Of a stretch of 64,000 nt of DNA, positions 61,037 through 64,000 are shown in pieces. Source of the DNA: Mycobacterium sp. (GTDB lineage: Bacteria; Actinomycetota; Actinomycetes; Mycobacteriales; Mycobacteriaceae). The position numbers and the translations under genes are program-made. The stretch covers positions 6,465 to 70,464 of the forward strand of contig DASXMA010000340.1 of assembly GCA_036495965.1 (NCBI GenBank), in the 5' to 3' direction. Below the pieces are notes generated by a model. It worked only from the letters and a program-made list of their open reading frames with translations, was not told the DNA's origin and did no database searches. Every line of letters begins with the position of its first letter. Position 1 is the stretch's first letter.

Positions 61037-62428
61037 GTGGACGCTCGCGATCTCGCCTTCGCTGGCGCGGCCGCGCAGGCCCGGATGCTGGCTAACCGTG
61101 AATTGACCGCACCGGAGCTACTCGACGTCTACCTGGAACGCATCGAGCGGCTGGACAGCCAGCTGCGCTGCTACCGGGTGGTGCTGTCGGACAGCGCGCG
61201 GTACGAGGCGGCCGTGGCGCAGGACCGACTCGACGCCGGCGAGCGGCTGCCGCTACTCGGCGTGCCGGTCGCGATCAAGGACGATGTCGATGTCGCCGAC
61301 GAGGTGACGGCATACGGCAGCGGTGGCCACGGCCCGGCCGTGACCGCCGATGCGGACGTGGTTCGCCGGCTGCGCGCTGCGGGCGCGGTCATCATCGGCA
61401 AAACCAATGTGCCCGAGCTGATGATGTTTCCCTACACCGAGTCGCTGACGTTCGGAGCCACCCGCAACCCCTGGAACCCTGAACGCACTCCGGGCGGTAG
61501 CAGCGGCGGCAGTGCCGCCGCGGTAGCTGCCGGGCTGGCACCGCTCGCACTGGGATCCGACGGCGGTGGTTCGATTCGGATCCCGGCGACGTGGTGCGGG
61601 CTGTTCGGGCTGAAACCGCAACGCGATCGGATCTCGCTCGAGCCGCACGACGATGTGTGGTACGGACTGAGTGTCAATGGCCCGATCGCCCGATCGGTTA
61701 TGGACGCGGCGCTGTTCCTGGATGCGGCGACAACGGTGCCCGGTCCAGAAGGCGAGTTCGTGGCCGCGGCGGCCCGTGATCCCGGCAAGCTGCGAATCGC
61801 CTTGAGCACCAAGGTTCCAACGCCGCTGCCGACCAGGGTTGGGAAGCAACAGCTTGCGGCGGTCGACCAGGCCGGTGCGTTGCTTCGCGATCTGGGCCAC
61901 GAGGTCATCACGCGCGACCCCGAATATCCGCTTACGACGCTCTACTCGAACTATCTGCCCCGTTATCTGCGCGGCATCAGCGACGAAGCGGACGCGCAGG
62001 CGCACCCAGAACGTCTCGAAGCGCGTACCCGGAATCTGGCGCGTTTGGGATCGTATTTCTCCGACCGGCGGATGATCGCAGTGCGTGCCGCGGAGGAGTC
62101 GCTGAGCAATCGCATCCAGTCGATCTTCGATGATGCCGACGTCGTCGTCACGCCGGGCAACGCGACGGGCCCGTCCCGTATCGGCGCCTACCAACGGCGC
62201 GGCGCGGTGTGGACGCTGCTGGCGGTGGCACAGCGGGTTCCCTATCAACAGATCTGGAACCTGACCGGCCAGCCGGCCGCGGCTGTGCCGTGGGACTTCG
62301 ACGCCGAAGGGCTCCCGTTGGCCGTACAGCTGGTTGGCCGGCCGTACGACGAAGCGACGCTGCTGTCGTTGTCCGCCCAGATCGAAGCGGCAAGACCGTG
62401 GGCCCACCGGCGACCGCCGGTGTCATGA
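61037..62428 (+). CDS. amiB2: Amidase signature family protein AmiB2
   Basis: GVPVAIKD, GGSSGGSAAAVA, GSDGGGSIRIP. Confidence 0.88.
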   Translation: MDARDLAFAGAAAQARMLANRELTAPELLDVYLERIERLDSQLRCYRVVLSDSARYEAAVAQDRLDAGERLPLLGVPVAIKDDVDVADEVTAYGSGGHGPAVTADADVVRRLRAAGAVIIGKTNVPELMMFPYTESLTFGATRNPWNPERTPGGSSGGSAAAVAAGLAPLALGSDGGGSIRIPATWCGLFGLKPQRDRISLEPHDDVWYGLSVNGPIARSVMDAALFLDAATTVPGPEGEFVAAAARDPGKLRIALSTKVPTPLPTRVGKQQLAAVDQAGALLRDLGHEVITRDPEYPLTTLYSNYLPRYLRGISDEADAQAHPERLEARTRNLARLGSYFSDRRMIAVRAAEESLSNRIQSIFDDADVVVTPGNATGPSRIGAYQRRGAVWTLLAVAQRVPYQQIWNLTGQPAAAVPWDFDAEGLPLAVQLVGRPYDEATLLSLSAQIEAARPWAHRRPPVS

Positions 62429-62435
62429 CAATGAT

Positions 62436-62843
62436 CTAATGGCGCCGACCCGCTTCGCCCGGCTCCGCCGCGCTCGCGATCGACGCCGAAATCGCGCGCC
62501 AGGCGGCCAGCTTGGCACCGGGCCGTACCGCATGAGCCGAGCTGGTCGACGGCAGCCGTTGGTAATGGATTCGCTCGACCGGATGGACCAGCCTGCGATG
62601 CAGATCGGCAGCCTTCGCGCCATTGAAGTACACCCGCGCGATGCTCGGGTAATTGGCGAAGAGTCTTCCAAAGTTGTTGGCCACGAAATTTTTCGGGTCG
62701 ATCGCCGAATCCGCACTGTCGACCCGGTGGCACTGGTGAAGTACATCCCAGAGCGCGACGCCGTGGGATTGCAACGAGGCCAGCCGCCAGTCATACGGCG
62801 CGTTTGGGTCAACTCCGAAAAGCTCACTGATGATTGGCCAGAA
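62436..62843 (-). pseudogene. 5'-truncated DNA-deoxyinosine glycosylase (UDG/MUG superfamily)
   Basis: FWPIISELFG...GVALWDVL..C.R..S.DSAI...FNG...LPSTS motifs; upstream of FW the similarity ends and an in-frame TAA follows with no N-terminal catalytic motif. Confidence 0.78.
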
Positions 62844-62959
62844 CAGCCCACCAGAGTCTACGCAGCTCAGAACCGGTACTTAGAGCCACAAACAAAAATT
62901 CTGACCTACATATGACCTGACCCGCTCAGTTGGCTGGCACACCAACCAGAGAGGAATCC

Positions 62960-63070
62960 ATGCCCACCACAACCATCCCTGATGTCCCGCTGCCCGAGGG
63001 CGCCACCGGCTCAAGGAAACGGGTTCCGATATGCGCTTGGGGAAGGCTCCAACGGGTAATGCTTCGCTGA
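62960..63070 (+). other. 36-codon ORF / gene remnant MPTTTIPDVPLPEGA...
   Basis: GAGAGGA RBS upstream of ATG; GC-rich first half, then unrelated-looking sequence. Confidence 0.3.
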
Positions 63071-63089
63071 GCGCGACCAGTCTAATTTT

Positions 63090-63680
63090 TCAGAGGTAAA
63101 TAATCTTCAACGTTTCATAGTCGGCGGGGATGTTGGGTTCTCCGGAGGGGTAGAACTGACCATTAACCGTACCGCTCCCCGCGCCCTGAAACTGCGTAAC
63201 ATTAGAACCATCGATACGGAGAAACATTTGTGGAAATGCAGTTGACTTAAGAGATTGTATATCTTCTATAGCGGGGGTGCTCACGAGGAGATTTAAAAGC
63301 TGAAAAACCTCCCAATCGGACTGGCTATTCGGATACGTTCCGGAGGAATAATACTGACAATTAACCGTACCGACTCCCGCGCCTTGCGAAGCAGTAACAC
63401 CTGAACCGTCCAACCGTAAGAATGCGTTTGAGAAATTCACCGAGCGAATGGCGGACCCAACATTGGGTATGTCAATAAGTTCAAAAGCCTCAAGGTTTCC
63501 GATTTCTGGGACGGGAACGGTGCCCGGCGCATAAAACTGGCAGTTAACCGTACCGCTCCCCGCGCCCTGATACTGCGTAACATTAGAACCATCGATACGC
63601 AGAAAAACACTTCTATTAGTGTTACTAAAATTCACCGACTGAATCGCGATGAAGCGAATGGGATTAATGGGATCCGACAC
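63090..63680 (-). CDS. Low-GC three-repeat protein, probable beta-trefoil (fascin-like) fold
   Basis: Three repeats of S..F...FLR(I/L)DGS.VT..QGAG.GTVN(C/G)Q(F/Y)Y...E.(F/L).(L/I); GGGAGG RBS 8 nt before GTG 63680; long open frame despite low GC. Confidence 0.8.
   Translation of the reverse strand: MSDPINPIRFIAIQSVNFSNTNRSVFLRIDGSNVTQYQGAGSGTVNCQFYAPGTVPVPEIGNLEAFELIDIPNVGSAIRSVNFSNAFLRLDGSGVTASQGAGVGTVNCQYYSSGTYPNSQSDWEVFQLLNLLVSTPAIEDIQSLKSTAFPQMFLRIDGSNVTQFQGAGSGTVNGQFYPSGEPNIPADYETLKIIYL
63163..63605. repeat. Intragenic direct repeats
   Basis: 63163-63224 and 63544-63605 match at 60/62 nt; a diverged third copy starts at 63361. Confidence 0.92.
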
Positions 63681-63938
63681 TATACTTACCTCCCGCATAT
63701 CAGTGACTGTCAGCATGGCCGGTGGGTTTTACCGGCGCGACCTAGCGACTTCCATTGGACATCGAGCTGTGTGGTGAGGGCAAGAGCGCGGTCCATTCAG
63801 CGGACCAGGTCACCCTTGCTCGGAACGGGATTCGCCGCTCCCTTAGTGAACAGCACCGTCTCTATCACTTCCGTGCAGTGGGCTGACGGCACGGTCGACA
63901 CAAACCCCGCTGGAACCGGATCGCCCTAGCCAGCGTCT

Positions 63939-63990
63939 GAATAGTTGATCGGGCCGCCCCTGCTCTCCTCCGGGGGCGGCCCGACTATTC
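63939..63990. terminator. Strong GC hairpin, likely terminator
   Basis: TCGGGCCGCCCC (63949-63960) / GGGGCGGCCCGA (63973-63984) perfect 12-bp stem plus outer GAATAG/CTATTC. Confidence 0.6.
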
Positions 63991-64000
63991 GCGTCTAGGT

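Noticed and set aside
63163-63605. CRISPR array or DGR template/variable repeat pair
   Set aside because: Repeats are in-frame parts of one ORF, spaced 183-198 nt apart; no cas or reverse transcriptase gene is in the window and the mismatches are not adenine-specific
63770-63825. Structured RNA upstream of the low-GC gene
   Set aside because: Only short, imperfect stems (GGTCC/GGACC), not distinguishable from chance

Overview
High-GC mycobacterial (slow-growing NTM-like) chromosome segment. By recognisable protein sequences it is collinear with the M. tuberculosis Rv1206-Rv1263 interval: fadD6, folP2, gpgS, tagA, glgA(glgM)/glgC, the RaaS-regulated ABC operon, sigE-rseA-htrA-tatB, mrp, lpqY-sugABC, corA, mdh, kgd, deaD, cyp130, tap, udgB and amiB2. 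Most of it is ordinary core genome. The deviations are: (i) a ~1320-aa membrane protein with the order TM-GGDEF(intact)-TM-GGDEF(degenerate, RxxD)-EAL(intact), preceded by a two-hairpin leader; (ii) a right-edge foreign patch, in which a 5'-truncated DNA glycosylase is followed by a possible IS end, a small ORF remnant and a low-GC three-repeat (beta-trefoil/fascin-like) gene whose first and third repeats match at 60/62 nt; (iii) two otherwise full-length genes each broken by a single in-frame stop; (iv) a minimal PPE gene with a possible decayed PE partner; (v) a 9-bp repeat expansion inside corA. No rRNA, tRNA, CRISPR array or intact transposase/integrase was seen. Orthology calls come from recalled family and sequence knowledge, not from database searches.
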